A stretch of 64,000 nt of DNA, from positions 316,696,001-316,760,000 of the forward strand of contig OZ024740.1 of the NCBI GenBank assembly GCA_964016885.1, given 5' to 3'. The DNA comes from Eledone cirrhosa (lineage: Eukaryota). A program made the translations under genes and the position numbers. Positions 13,670 to 26,427 of the stretch are shown here, piece after piece (the first letter of the stretch is position 1; each line of letters starts with the position of its first letter). The notes under the pieces are model-generated. The model worked only from the letters and a program-made list of their open reading frames with translations, was not told the origin of the DNA and made no database searches.

Positions 13670-14027
13670 ATGTGTAGTGTGTATATTGATATTATACACA
13701 AGTATATATGCATGTAGATATGACCAAATAAAATCGTAATTGACAATATACACAGAAATTGAACGAAGACTGTGTTACACTCTCTTATGTAATCAGTAAC
13801 GTAATCCATGATACACTAAAAAAAGACGATATTATATATAAACTGCATTAGGAGAAATATATGAATATTTGGTATATTTGGAATATTTATTTAAACGATC
13901 ACTAACCGGAAGTGTTGACATTTGAAATTTTAACGAAGTGAATCTTTTAATAAGTAATAACATATATTTAATGAACAGCAACGAAATTTAGTGGATAAAT
14001 TATGTAATATTCATTCATTATTTATTC
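13670..14027. mobile_element. Dispersed repeat, probable DNA-transposon remnant
   Basis: Inverted copy at ~58105-58410, partial copy at ~30841-30990. Confidence 0.6.
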
Positions 14028-14427
14028 AAAGGGCGGTGGATTGGCAGTATCGGTAGAGGGTCGGACGCCATGCTTTGACGCATAGAGATACGGCCCTTTC
14101 CATTCTGAGGTTAACTTTGCCTTTCAGCCTTACGGGGTCGATAAAATAAAATACCAGTCATGTACTGAGTAATTGCTGGCCTTGTGCCAAAAGTAGAAAC
14201 AATTATTTATTCAAAGTAATCCAACTTATTTTACTAAGGGGCTAAAAAATTATAAACCGTACGCAGTCCCGCGCTTCTTACTTTATTATAGTTTAGATAT
14301 ATATTAAGTCTTGAGCAATGTTACCTGTCACACAGTGCCACCTTCACCATGTTCTCATCCCCCCCCCCCAACTGCTTCTCTCTACCAGGTTGAGGACACA
14401 ATGGCTGCCATAGGATTTATGCTACAA

Positions 14428-14885
14428 TAAAATACACCCAGTACACTCTGTAAGTGGTAGTACTTGTACTATGGTAAAATGCACCCAGTGCACTCTATAA
14501 AGTAATGATGTTGGTGCCATGATAAAATACACCCAGTACATTCTGTAAGTGGTACTACTGATACTATGGTGAAATACACCCAGTGCACTCTAATGTAATG
14601 GTGCTGGTGCCATGATAAAATGCATCCAGTGCACTCTGTAAAGCAATGGTGCTGGTGCCATGATAAAATGCACCCAGTGTACTCTGTAAAGCGCTGGTGC
14701 TGGTGCCATGATAAAATATACCCAGTACACTCTGTAAGTGTTAGTACTGGTACTATGGTAAAATGCACCCAGTGCACTCTGTAAAGCGATGATGCTTGTG
14801 CCATGATAAAATTCAGCTAGTACATTCTGTAAGTGGTAGTACTGGTATTACAGTAAAATGCACCCAATACCTTCAAAAGTGGTAA
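14428..14885 (+). repeat. ~50-60 bp minisatellite derived from a SINE segment
   Basis: ~9 copies of aaaatgcacccagtgcactctgtaa..tggt. Confidence 0.85.
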
Positions 14886-15243
14886 TGCTAACAACATAGG
14901 GAGGGAGAGAGTGATAGTGTATGTAAAATGAATGTCAGTTGAATGATGAGGTATATACCACACTGGCTGGAGTGACAAACAAGGACTGAGAGTGAGCATA
15001 AACAAATTAAAATGGAAGTGAGTTGAAGAAGATGCTAGCTTTATATTACTTTAACCCTTTAAGTTACTAATCTGGCCAAACTGTCTCTGGTTCTATGAAA
15101 TAAAACCACCTATTTTAAAAGTTTCAAATTTAAATTAAAATCTTCCAACATAATTTTATATAAGAACTTTACATTAAGTTACTATCTTACTACTGAAATA
15201 GTTAACAATTTTAGTAAATCCCTCGAAATTCTTCATTAATTAA

Positions 15244-15510
15244 TTCTTCTTCTTCTTATCGTGTCCACAAGAGTGTCAGTTACAAAGCTTGGCTAGATGT
15301 GGTTCTGCCACAGCTAAACACATTGCTGTCCTTTCTCATTAAACTCTGCCAAATCCAATGCTGTGCAGGGGTGTTCCAGCAGGGGGCATATCAGGAGGTG
15401 CTGCATAGTCTGTGGTTCGATACCGCAGTTACACTCAACGTCCCCATCCTTTAAATATCCCCATTTTGAACATCCAACTCTAGATTTTAGTATGTTGAGG
15501 CATTTCACAC
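15244..15510 (-). pseudogene. Non-LTR retroposon 3' fragment with CCHC knuckle
   Basis: CNCGIEPQTMQHLLICP; (AAG)n tail. Confidence 0.7.
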
Positions 15511-17589
15511 TGCATGGTTTGTATCTGCTCCATGGGGCATTAAACTCTTTCATTAGAAATGTAGTCATACAAGTGTTAAATCATCATGAGAAACATGTAC
15601 AATCTTAGTACAGGCTGAGCCTCACTAATCTGACATTCAAATGTCCAGCAGCTTTAATGGTTTGAGACAGTGATGTCAGTCAGGTGGTGGTCATTAGTTT
15701 GTATGACTGTCTCATGGCCAGCTGTGGCACCAACAAAGACCTTATGTTGTTTACAACTACCACAGCTTATTTATAGTTGTTGATAGTGCTGCTGATCTAC
15801 ATAATAAAAGCACCCAGTACATGCTGTAAAGTGGTTGGTGTTAGGAAGGGCATTCAACCATAGAAAGCTTGCCAAACAAAAGGTTGGGAGGATCCTTTAG
15901 TTGCGTCAAGGACATGACAGCCTCACTAGTGTTGGTGATCTACACAGTAAAAGCACACAGTACATGTTGTAAATTGGTTAGTGTTAGGAAGAGCATCCAG
16001 CCATAGAAAGCTTGCTAAACATGGGGTTGGTAGAACCCTTCAGTTTGTGTCAAAAGACATAACAACTTCACCTCTGCACTCAATATGACTGTACATAAGC
16101 AGAATGCAGACCTCTCAGCTTGCTTGGAAGGTCAGTAGTCCTGCTTCAGTACTGACAGTCTATGTAGACCCATCCAACCATTTCTAGCAAGGAAAGCAAA
16201 CATTAAATGATGATGATGATGGTAGAGGCAGAAATATTTACTTGGATTATTGGTATTTTACCCTTAAATATGCCACCTAAGTAGCCAGCATGTAATACAA
16301 ATGATGGTGGTGATGCAGTAAAACTTAAACATATTACATTACATCTGTTATAAAAATTGTTAATACAGAAAAAAACCTAGAGAATGGTAATCAGTGAGAG
16401 CTATTTGTTCAGGAATATGGTGGTACACAGTAAGTTGGCATCAATAATACAGTACAGTATATGTATCCAACATACGTTTATTCTAAATACATGTGTTTCA
16501 CTCACAAAGTTGGCTTAAAAACCATTGATAATTACATAAATGAAAAAGATAAAAACAAAATTAAATAGTGAGAAAAAGTGGAAGTGGTAAAGAAGGGCAG
16601 ATCTGGCTGTTTGAGAAAGTAGAGGAAAGAACTATAAATGTCATAATTGTGAAGAAAAGGAGGGAAAAAGCAAGGACTATTGGGTCACAGAAGAAAGGGA
16701 GGGGAGAGGGTGATGGGCTCTGGGCCTAAGGTGGGGAAGTGTTTGGGCTGTGCAGCATGGACAAAACTGCAAAGATATTTCACAGACAATAGCCAGCGAC
16801 ACATGCTGCAACAGCCACCCCACCTCGTAGGATTCCCTCCTCAGACAGGCTGCTGACGTTTTTGCCATTTTTTTAATATTAAGTTTCACTTGTTTAGAAG
16901 ATCTGCTACTCCGGTACTTGTCTGGTCACAAGTTTGCTGGATTAGTGAAGTCCAGCCAGTACTACCACCGTACAAGATGAACTGGGCACTTTTTGTTTTG
17001 GCACCAGCACAACCACCTTAGAAGATGTACTGGGCGCTTTTTGTTGTGGCACCAGCACAACTACTTCATATGATGGATTGGGTGTTTTTTGTTGTTGCAC
17101 CAGGAGGGTGGGCAACATGTCATGAAGTAGAAAGTGAGTAACACTTGGCAGTAGATTGTGGAATGTGTCTGGCTTTCCATACCTCCATGGGTTGAACAGA
17201 AAAGGTGTGTTAGGGATGTGGAAAAGGTAGAGAGAGCACATCATCATCATCGTTAAATGTCTATATTCCATGGTTGCTTGAGCCAGTCGAACTATCACAA
17301 AGATGTGGCTGGACAGATGACTACATTTTATAAATATGGTATCAACATTTTAAATTAATTTTTTTATAATTATCTTTAAACCATTTAGTTGTTCAATATA
17401 AGATATTGGTTTTTAAAAAGTGTCTGTATGTTTATATACTCTTGTACCTAATGATTTTCGATGAATTATTGGCAACATTTTATTATTAAACAAAGTACGC
17501 AGTCGCCATGTAAGAAAATACATCATCATATATCCATTTTTCTTTCTGAATAACACTGTCATCATTTTTTATAAGACTGGTACACTAAG

Positions 17590-17730
17590 GTAAAGACCAC
17601 CTTCAGTCACAAATGACCATGGGATTTGCACCTAGAAAGTTTCCCTCCGAAGCACAAGTCCGGGCAATGTTGTTTGTGGAAGTCCAGCAGTCGCCCATGC
17701 ATACCAGTCTCCCCTCTCCACGCTACCGGG
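17590..17730 (-). mobile_element. SINE/LINE 3' tail fragment
   Basis: Matches 61705-61782(+): actttctaggtgcaaatcccatggtcatt. Confidence 0.6.
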
Positions 17731-17884
17731 CACCCTACATATATTGATAAGGCTATCATCATCATTTTGCGCTCATTTTTCTTTATGATTAATAAATCTG
17801 TAGTCATTTTTTATGATACGGGTACATTAAGTATTGATAAAGCTATATGTTGTTACTGAAAAATATATTTTTTAGCGATACTGT

Positions 17885-19480
17885 TCTTCTATTTTGACGA
17901 CGCCTGTTTGGGGGGGACTCCGGATATGGTTCTCACCACTGCCAACAAGATGGTGAAGGAGCTTGGCCGCCAGGGTCTCCAGATCAATAGCTCCAAATGT
18001 GTGCTCTGGATCCTCCACCACCCGGCTTCTCAACACCAACAGCTAATCGACCTGTTTGCAGAGTCCTTCCCTTCCATCGCAGTCCCTCCCCCGTTGGCTT
18101 GGTGCTCCTTAGAGCCCCAATCACAGACCTGGCCTTCGAGTCAACCTTTCAATCGAAAATGGTTGGCCTTGAGCAGCTGCTGAGGAATATCGAAGTTATC
18201 GAACCCCATCAAGGTTTCTTCATACTCAGGAACTATCTGTCTATTCCTAAGCTTCTGTATCTGCTCAGGGTCAGCCCCTCTCACAGATTTTCGTCATGCC
18301 TCCAATGCTTCGACGGCCTAATCTTTGAGAGACTCAAGTGCCTGGTCAATGTTAAACTCTCTCCAGAGTTCCGCAATCAGGCTGCATTGCCCAAGCGATT
18401 TGGAGGTCTCCGTCTTCGTAAGTGTTTGTCCCTCTCTCTCCCCTGCTTCCTTTCCTCCACCCACGCTTGCTCCACCCTGGTGAGCAGCATCCTCTCGTCT
18501 CCAACATGGACTAGTTCCAACAGGGAATTGGGTGAAGCTCTCCAACAATGGAGTGAGTTGGGCTTGTCTCTTCCTGACAAGGTGGAGGACAGTCGAAGTC
18601 AGAGAACTTGGAACAGCATAAGTTCGAAGGCCGCCTTTGACTCCCTCTTCGTCCAGTCAGATCAGTTTGCAAGGTGCCGTTTACTATCTGCCAGCGCCAA
18701 ATACTAAGGCAACTGGGTTGATGCCCTACCCGTGGCCATCGTTGGTGGCCTACTCAGTCTGGACGAACTTCGTGTCTCCATCGCCCTCGGAGTGGGAGCT
18801 GACGTCTGCATGGGTTTGAGGTGCCAATGCGGCAAACTCCTCGACTCCACGGTCTTTCTTACCGCCTGAATGCCGGCCGCTTCGCGCGTCACACGGAGCT
18901 AAACCTCATTCTAAAGAGAGCTTTGGCCCGGGCGAATATCCCCTCAGTCTTGGAACCATCTGGGTTGTCCAGAAGTGACGGCAAAAGACCTAACGATCTT
19001 ACCCTGTGCCCCTGGTCGAGAGTCAGGTGCCTTGTCTGGGACGTCACTGTTAGTGACTCTTTTGCTCTTTCCCACATCCTGGATGTTGCGGTCAGGACGA
19101 GAGCCACAGCTTCTGCAGCCGAGCGAAGTAAGACCCTCAAATACTCTGATCTGTCGGCCTGCTACATTTTTCAGCCTGTGGCTTTCGAGACGTTTGGGGG
19201 AGTCGGGCCGCTAACTGCAAGGTTCCTCTCTTCACTGGCGGCTCGCCTAATAGAGGTAACTGGCGAATCTCGCCAGGGCGCTTGGCTGTTTCAGCGCATC
19301 AGCCTCGCCATCACCCGAGGCAACGCTGCGAGTGTGCTGGCTTGCCTCAAAAATCAGAGGTTGCCCAGTACTCGCGACGTTGCTGTCTTTTGCTCTGGTG
19401 TTGGCTCCGTTGTTCACCCCTTCCTTTACATTTGCTTTAATAGTGTAACATTAAAAGAATATATCTTTTTAAAAAAAATA
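17885..19480 (+). mobile_element. 5'-truncated, frameshifted CRE-like non-LTR retroposon (RT C-terminus, Zn finger, restriction-like endonuclease)
   Basis: FYFDDACLGG, QAALPKRFGGL, HGLS..GRFARH, EPSGLSRSDGKRP.DLT..W...CLVWDVT, F.PVAFETFG, FQRISLAITRGNAASV. Confidence 0.85.
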
Positions 19481-19901
19481 CTAAAACCAATCAAAATTAC
19501 AAAAAAAAACAAGAACATCGCTAACCAAATAATCATTTAGTCTAAGCTTCCAGCTATTTATTCTTTCCAATCATATCAGAAATATCTTTAAGTTGGATTG
19601 TATATAAACAGTTTTCTTTTATAACAAACACAAAAAGATAATACAGGCGACACTATTAAGAGAGCGGGGAGACAGAAACATTCACTAAACAGTAGTGAAA
19701 AATATCTTAAATTTCTCAAACCTCGTCCCAATTACAGCTTATGTTTGTTTACATTGAATTATAGAAAAAACAGAACAGTCAATGTTATAGAAATAGCTTA
19801 ACCAACAGAATAAATTGAAAATGTTTAATATTTCCAACATATAGGTAGACACACAACCCATTTGGTCGTCTGTTACAATATGGAGCTTGGTAGAAACACT
19901 A

Positions 19902-20087
19902 CGAGGGTCGGCTGAAAAGTTCATAGACTGACTGTGAAAGTTTGATGCTAGCGCTAAGAAATCTTGCATACATTCATTTTAATTATTCTTATTAATTGAT
20001 ATTTCCAGGGACTATGTTGAAAAATAAACTTCATTTGGTCATTCCATGAGTGTCTTAGTCGGTCTATGAACTTTTCAACCGACCCTC
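19902..20087. mobile_element. Mariner-like MITE
   Basis: TIR gagggtcggctgaaaagttcatagac / gtctatgaacttttcaaccgaccctc; second copy at 20134-20306. Confidence 0.8.
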
Positions 20088-20883
20088 TTTGTTGTTGTTA
20101 TTTACTTTTCTGATATATATATACACATACACACGAGGGTAGGCTGACTATGAAGGTGTGATGCTAGTGCTGTGAAATCTTGCATGCATTAATTTCACTC
20201 TTAATGAATGCATTGTTTCTTTCCACGGACTATGTTGAAAAATAAACCTCATTTAGTCATTCCATAAGTATCTTGGTCAGTCTATGAATTTTTCAGCCGA
20301 TAATCGTATATATATATTTTTTCATTCATATATATTTTTATTTGTTTGACCCGAATTTTCTTGGTCGTATTTTTTGTGGGTGTGGTGTGGTGTGGTGTGG
20401 TGTGCGGTGGCCGCGGGCGGGGAAGTGCTCGGCCGTGGGGGGCTCTCTGGTGATGCCTGGCGGCGGGGTGAGCGCCAGTTTGGGCAGTGCCTAGCAACGG
20501 GGTGAACGCGAGTTTGGGCAGTACCTAGCAACGGGGTGAACGCCAGTTTGGGCATCTCCCGGTGTTAGGCAGTTGGACGCAGGCGGGCGAGGAGTAACCA
20601 GCAGTGGAGATAGCGGCGCCTATGAAGATCGAAACGATATGGCACTGTTTGTACCAATGTAGAAACTACCAGTCTAGGAGAATGGACATATAAGAACTGG
20701 TCTTTAAACTACCATGAAAAGCGGTGAGTGAGATGGCTTTTTCCAACAGCAAGCTATTTCGGCAACTGGAAACGGATCTGATTGGGAAGGGAAAAAGGAA
20801 GAAAGGGCTGCTGGAGGGACAGAGAGGAGTCTGTTATTTTTTTTGTGTTTTTTTTTATCACGTACCGCAAGACAAGTCGGAGG

Positions 20884-21645
20884 ATGGCGGCGGGGCTGTA
20901 TGCAAGCGAGGCTGTCGGGGCATTTACCGGGGAGGGTGATGTTGTCGCTTGGCTGCGGAAAGTTCGGCTGGTTGCAAGCTTGCAGAAGATAGAGGGTGTG
21001 GCTGGCCTCGTGGCACTGTGCCTCGAGGGGGACACGTTGGTGCTCTTCCTTGGGTTGGGTGAGCACAGCCAGAGAGATGCGCAAAGGATTGAGAGGCGCC
21101 TGATAAATGCATTCGCCGAGGGACCGTTGGCCGCTTTTGCTAAGCTGGCGAGAATCAGGTGGAATGGTGAGCGCGTCGACATTTTCGCAGCGGAAATACG
21201 GCGGTTGGCCATGTTGGCTGGTTATCAGGTGGAATGCGAACGCACGGTGCGGTTGGCGTTCATCAATGGATTTCCAGACGACATGGCGGTGAAACTGCAG
21301 CAAGTCCCGGGTTATAAAGAGATGGAAATGCGTTCACTGGTAGAACAAGCCCGGATCATAGCAGAAGATGCCAAAAAGAGTGTTGCGGCGATGGCAACTA
21401 CGGAGGCTCAGGACACCTGGCAGCGAAATGGTGAAAGGGAGGCAACCTCGGCACGCGGTCGCCCGCGAACGTTTAGAGGTCGCTGTTTTCGGTGCCAGGG
21501 CCCGCACATGACTGGAGACTGTGGAGAGTCGGGGCCGGAGATAATTTGCTACCGGTGTAAGCGACCAGGCCACATCGCTACTAACTGCGACCAGGGAAAC
21601 GATCCAAGGGGAACTACTGCGCCGGTAGTTGCCCCTTACGAGTAG
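20884..21645 (+). CDS. gag: Gag with two CCHC zinc knuckles
   Basis: CFRCQGPHMTGDC and CYRCKRPGHIATNC. Confidence 0.85.
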   Translation: MAAGLYASEAVGAFTGEGDVVAWLRKVRLVASLQKIEGVAGLVALCLEGDTLVLFLGLGEHSQRDAQRIERRLINAFAEGPLAAFAKLARIRWNGERVDIFAAEIRRLAMLAGYQVECERTVRLAFINGFPDDMAVKLQQVPGYKEMEMRSLVEQARIIAEDAKKSVAAMATTEAQDTWQRNGEREATSARGRPRTFRGRCFRCQGPHMTGDCGESGPEIICYRCKRPGHIATNCDQGNDPRGTTAPVVAPYE

Positions 21646-21651
21646 CGGCGC
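21594..21651 (+). promoter_or_regulatory. -1 ribosomal frameshift signal (slippery heptamer plus pseudoknot)
   Basis: G_GGA_AAC in gag frame; stem AAGGGGAACTAC/GTAGTTgCCCCTT; loop GCGCCG pairs with CGGCGC at 21646-21651; pol is in the -1 frame and open from the slip site. Confidence 0.85.
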
Positions 21652-24394
21652 TGCCCGTGGTGGAAGTCTTCGTGAGGGGAAAGCCACAGCGAGCCCTCGT
21701 GGACACGGGCTGTACAACGACAGTGGTGACCGCGGGGGTGGCGCAGAGGTGGAGAGGGAAAAGCAGTGTAAGGGCAGTCGACGGCAAGAAAATTGAATGC
21801 CGAGGTCGCAGCGAGATGGAAATAGAGGTACGGGGAAGGAGAATAAGGCTTTCTGCCATCGTAGTAGACAGCGTGGTGGATGGGATCGGCGTGGTTATAG
21901 GCATGGACGCAATTGGCCGTCTAGGAGGCGTCACGGTGAACAACGTCGGTGTGTCGTTTGGCGCCGCTGCATCGGTATGCGCTGTGAGTGCACGTCATGA
22001 GAACCAGAAGGCCCACGAGGAGAAATACCCCGCTTACACTGTGCAGGACAAAGACTTCAAGGCCGTGTTTGATGGGCAGCGATGGGTTGTTGAGTGGTAC
22101 TGGAAGGGAGAACCACCAACACTGAAGACCAAAGTGGGCTGCTATCAACACACATTGAAGGGAAACGTTAGGAGCGAGTTCGAGCGAAAAGTAGAGAGAT
22201 GGATCGAAGAGGGCATACTGCTTCCCTGGAAGGAGGAGGTGAAATGCGGAGTATTGCCGTTAATGGCGGTGGTGCAACCCACGAAGAGCAAGGTGAGGCC
22301 GGTGCTGGACTATCGGGAGCTGAACGAGCACGTGTCGTGCCACACGGGTGGCGAGGTGACGGATGTCTGTGGGGAAACCCTGCGTGAGTGGAGACGCATG
22401 ACGGGGGGTTCAGCGATCGTAGATCTAAAGTCGGCGTACTTGCAGTTGCATATAGACGAGAAGCTCTGGAGGTATCAGCTGGTCAGGTATAAGGGCCGGA
22501 CATATTGCCTGACCAGGCTCGGTTTCGGGCTGAGCTCCACACCGAAGATCATGGCGGCGGTCCTCAACACCGTTCTGGGGAAGGCCGACAAGATGAAGAG
22601 GGCTACTAACTCCTATATTGACGACATCCTAGTGGACGAGTCTGTGGTGTCGGCGGCGGAGGTCGCGAGCCATTTGCAGGGGTATGGACTGGTTGCGAAG
22701 CCGTCAGAAGCATTGGAAGGAGGAGCCGCGTTGGGACTTAGGCTACGGCGAGACAGGACGGGCGTTTTGGTATTCCAGAGGAGAAACGAAGTTCCGGAAC
22801 TGGCCCCAAGTATGAGTAGGCGGGAGCTTTTCTCGGTGTGTGGAAAGCTGGTGGGTCACTACCCGATCGCTGGGTGGCTCCGGACGGCATGCAGCTATGT
22901 CAAGAGACGAGCGGGAGGAGTGACTTGGAGTGACAGAGTGGGAGAGAGGACGGTGGCCATGATGCAGGAGATCGTGGGGAGGGTGAAGGCAGACGACCCA
23001 GTGTGGGGACGCTGGTATGTTCCCAAATCACAGAGCGGGACCGTATGGTGCGATGCCAGCAGCATAGCGCTGGGTGTCACGTTGGAGATAGGAGGTGTTG
23101 AGGTCGAGGATGCAGCCTGGCTTAGAAAGAAGGACGACTGCAACCACATCAATGTGGCCGAACTGGACGCGGTGTTGAGAAGGGTGAACCTCGCCCTGCG
23201 GTGGGGGCTGCGCACCATCGAGATACGCACCGACTCGGCTACTGTACTCGGATGGGTGAGATCAGTGCTCACCAGTGAGAAGAGAGTGCGAACGAGAGGC
23301 GCGGTGGAGATGCTGATAAAGCGCCGCCTGGGAACTTTAGGAGAGCTGGCCACCGAGTTCGACCTGAGGCTGAGCGTAGTTTTCGTGCCCTCGGAGAAAA
23401 ATAGGGCGGACATCTTAACTAGGGTGAAGAAAGCCTGGATGGAAGCGCCGGAGGAGGTGGAGGATGAGATAGCTGCCGTGTGTCGGCTGACTGAGTCGGA
23501 TCTGAAAGGGTTGCATGACATGCACCACATGGGAGTGGATAGGAGCCTGTTCCTGGCCAGGAGAATCGACTCGGACGTGAACAGACACAGTGTTCAAAGA
23601 GTGGTTAGAGGCTGCGTCCGACGTCAGTCCATTGATCCCGCCCCGGGTGTACACGAAACGGGAAGCCTCCCGGTGGATCGCGACTGGAAGCGATTAGCGG
23701 TGGATGTGACGCACTACCGGCAGGGAACGTACCTCTCGATGGTCGACTGTGGACCAGGACGGATGGCGATATGGAGGGAGATGGAGACTGGAACGGCGAG
23801 GAGATCGTGCGGACGTTGAGAGAGGTGTTCTTGGAGCGGGGCCCTGTGGACGAACTGCTGATGGACAACAGCTCAGCGTTCCGCTCGGAAGCACTGAGGG
23901 AGATGCTCGATGGATGGGAGGTGGACCGTTTCTTCAGAGCGGCGCACAGGCCGAGCGGGAATGGAATCGTGGAGCGACACCACCGGACGATCAAGGCAAT
24001 GGCGGAGCGGGGCCATATCTCACCAATGGAGGCAGTGTTCTGGTGCAGCATGTCCCCTCGGGTAGGACAGGTCGAGGAATCGGTGCCACACAGAGCAGTT
24101 TTCAAATACGAGTGGCGGCACCCTTGCACGCCACCGCGGCGGCCAGTGGGGAGAGAGAGTGCATTCGTGCAGGTGGGCGAGGAGGTCTGGGTTGAGCCTC
24201 CAGATGCACGTTGCGCATCTCGGTGGGGAAGGGGAACGGTGGCGGTCGTAAATTCAAAGAACAATGTGTCCGTGGATGGGGTACCACGTCATGTCCTGGA
24301 TGTGGGAAGAATCGCTGTGTCGACGGGCTCCGAGGGGGGGGGGGGAAGCCCAAGGTTCTGCCCCAATGCTGCAGAGATCGCAGCGAGGTCGTAG
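21600..24394 (+). CDS. pol: Pol (protease, RT, RNase H, integrase), frameshift near 23790
   Basis: LVDTGC, VDLKSAYLQ, YIDD, WCDAS, LAVDVT, LMDN, NGIVER. Confidence 0.9.
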
Positions 24395-24988
24395 ACCACC
24401 AACCTGGACGGCGGACTTTCACATGCAGAGAGACGAGGAGGAAATTGATCCTTGAGATCAGGGGGGGGGGGGCTTGGCCGGGGGGGAGAGAGCGCTCTCT
24501 GGTGGTGCCTGGCGGCGGGGTGAGCGCCAGTTTGGGCAGTGCCTAGCAACGGGGTGAACGCGAGTTTGGGCAGTACCTAGCAACGGGGTAAACGCCAGTT
24601 TGGGCATCTCCCAGTGTTAGGCAGTTGGACGCAGGCGGGCGAGGAGTAACCAGCAGTGGAGATAGCGGCGCCTATGAAGAGCGAAACGATATGGCACTGT
24701 TTGTACCAATTAGAAACTACCAGTCTAGGAGAATGGACATATAAGAACTGGTCTTTAAACTACCATGAGTGGAGATGGCAGCGCCTATGAAAAGCGGTGA
24801 GTGAGATGGCTTTTTCCAACAGCATTTTTGGCTGTGCGAATGATTGTTTAAGCATCGTCTCAGCGTGTTGGTATTAAACGTTAGTTATAGCTCTGGTTTA
24901 TCCGAACCATTGAGCACTTTGCCGCACATTTCGAAGATTGTTTTTTCGTTATTTCGTGAGCCGAAGTTCCGATTCTCGATAATTAATT

Positions 24989-25025
<37 letters not shown>

Positions 25026-25118
25026 GAAGTAATTCCGTCGGAAAAGTCCAGGAAAAAAGAGTGCTCTATGTAGGTAACAGAGCTTAATAGTTATGTAATA
25101 AACAACATAAGGCAATTA

Positions 25119-25179
25119 TTTCATTTACCAGTGGTTTCTTAAAAGCAAAAAAATGTTGCTTTCAATCATCAGAATGAAA
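25119..25179 (-). ncRNA. Type I hammerhead ribozyme, family C (left arm of fold-back ~25089-25335)
   Basis: CTGATGA..GAAA-CCACTGG-TA^AATGAAA. Confidence 0.85.
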
Positions 25180-25243
25180 AAATTCTGGTGTATTTATTGG
25201 CGTTGGTTTTTAAAATCCAATGCCAATAAATACACCAGGATTT

Positions 25244-25304
25244 TTTCATTCTGATGATTGAAAGCAAAAATTTTTTGCTTTTAAGAAACCACTGGTAAAT
25301 GAAA
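25244..25304 (+). ncRNA. Type I hammerhead ribozyme, family C (right arm)
   Basis: TTTCATT-CTGATGA-TTGAAAGCAAAA..TTTTGCTTTTAA-GAAA-CCACTGG-TA^AATGAAA. Confidence 0.85.
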
Positions 25305-25345
25305 TAATTGCCTTATGTTGTTTATTACATAACTATATATATATA

Positions 25346-25720
25346 GGCATATGGAGGCATGTGGCTTAGTGGTTAGAGGCATATGGCTTAGTGGTTAGAG
25401 CATTGGCCTTGCAATCAAAAGATTGTGAGTTCAATTCTCAGACCGGGTGATGTGTTGTTTCCTTGAGCAAGACACTTTATTTCACATTGCTCCAGTTTAC
25501 TCAGCTGTAGAAATAAGATGATAGGGACTGGGGTTCCTATCATTCCACTGCAAAGTGGTCGTGGAGGTGCCACGGCAAAAAAGTACCCAGCACTCACTGT
25601 AAATGAGGTTGGTGTTAGGAAGGGCATCCAGCTGTAGAAATCAAGCCAGAATCAGTTCCCGTCCCACCCTTGCAAGCAGGGAAAAGTGGACGTAAATTGA
25701 AATGATGATGAAATGATGAT
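25346..25720 (+). mobile_element. tRNA-derived SINE, family 1, with duplicated head
   Basis: A/B boxes; tandem repeat of ggc.t.tggcttagtggttaga. Confidence 0.85.
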
Positions 25721-25786
25721 ATAGCTGAAGATCTGCATAAGGTGAAACAATTGTTCTCGGTATGGTGAACTAACTGTCGTGTTACT

Positions 25787-25889
<103 letters not shown>

Positions 25890-25917
25890 ATCAAAAGATG
25901 GTTAAAAGAGTTCCATG

Positions 25918-25986
25918 TATTTTATTATGCGCATTTCAAAAACAAATATCATCATGCAATAATATTTGTTTTCATCAGATAAAATA
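25918..25986 (-). ncRNA. Type I hammerhead ribozyme, family E
   Basis: TATTTTAT-CTGATGA-AAACAAATAT..ATATTTGTTT-tt-GAAA-TGCGCA-TA^ATAAAATA; palindromic stem III. Confidence 0.85.
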
Positions 25987-26392
25987 GGAAGACATGATAT
26001 GAAGGTTAAAAAACACTTGTGAATAGTGCAGTTTTAAATCAACATATGAAAAGTAGTTTTAGATTGATGTGTGATATTGGGAAAAAAAAATTTTGAGGGG
26101 AGGGGGGGGGTTCGAAAGGATGAAAAAGAGGAGATGAGAGTAAAAAGTGGAGGGGGAGGAGTATAATGAGATAGGAGGAGAGATGGGTGATAGAGAGAGA
26201 GAGAGATAGCTTTTATAACTGAGAAAAATATATTGTTTTACATAGAGAGGTTGAAAAACCGTTGGAAGATAATGTATAAATTAAAAGAATTTGAAAATTA
26301 ACGAAGAGAAAAATAATGTAAAGTTAAGGTTTGTATATTGAAGGGTTTAATGATATGTGCTTTATTGTACTACAATAAAACTCACCTCCTAC

Positions 26393-26424
<32 letters not shown>

Positions 26425-26427
<3 letters not shown>

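Larger units (their letters stand above)
20375..24824 (+). mobile_element. Ty3/Gypsy LTR retrotransposon, near full length
   Basis: Direct LTRs ~20375-20751 and ~24470-24824 ending ccaacagca; G-rich PPT ~24460-24472; gag plus PR-RT-RH-IN; possible TTTT TSD. Confidence 0.93.

Noticed and set aside
14428-14885. CRISPR-like array (also 49132-49293)
   Set aside because: Degenerate tandem units without unique spacers; eukaryotic context; no cas genes
20704-24549. Antisense and alternative-frame ORFs over the Gypsy element
   Set aside because: Shadows of GC-rich gag/pol with no independent motifs
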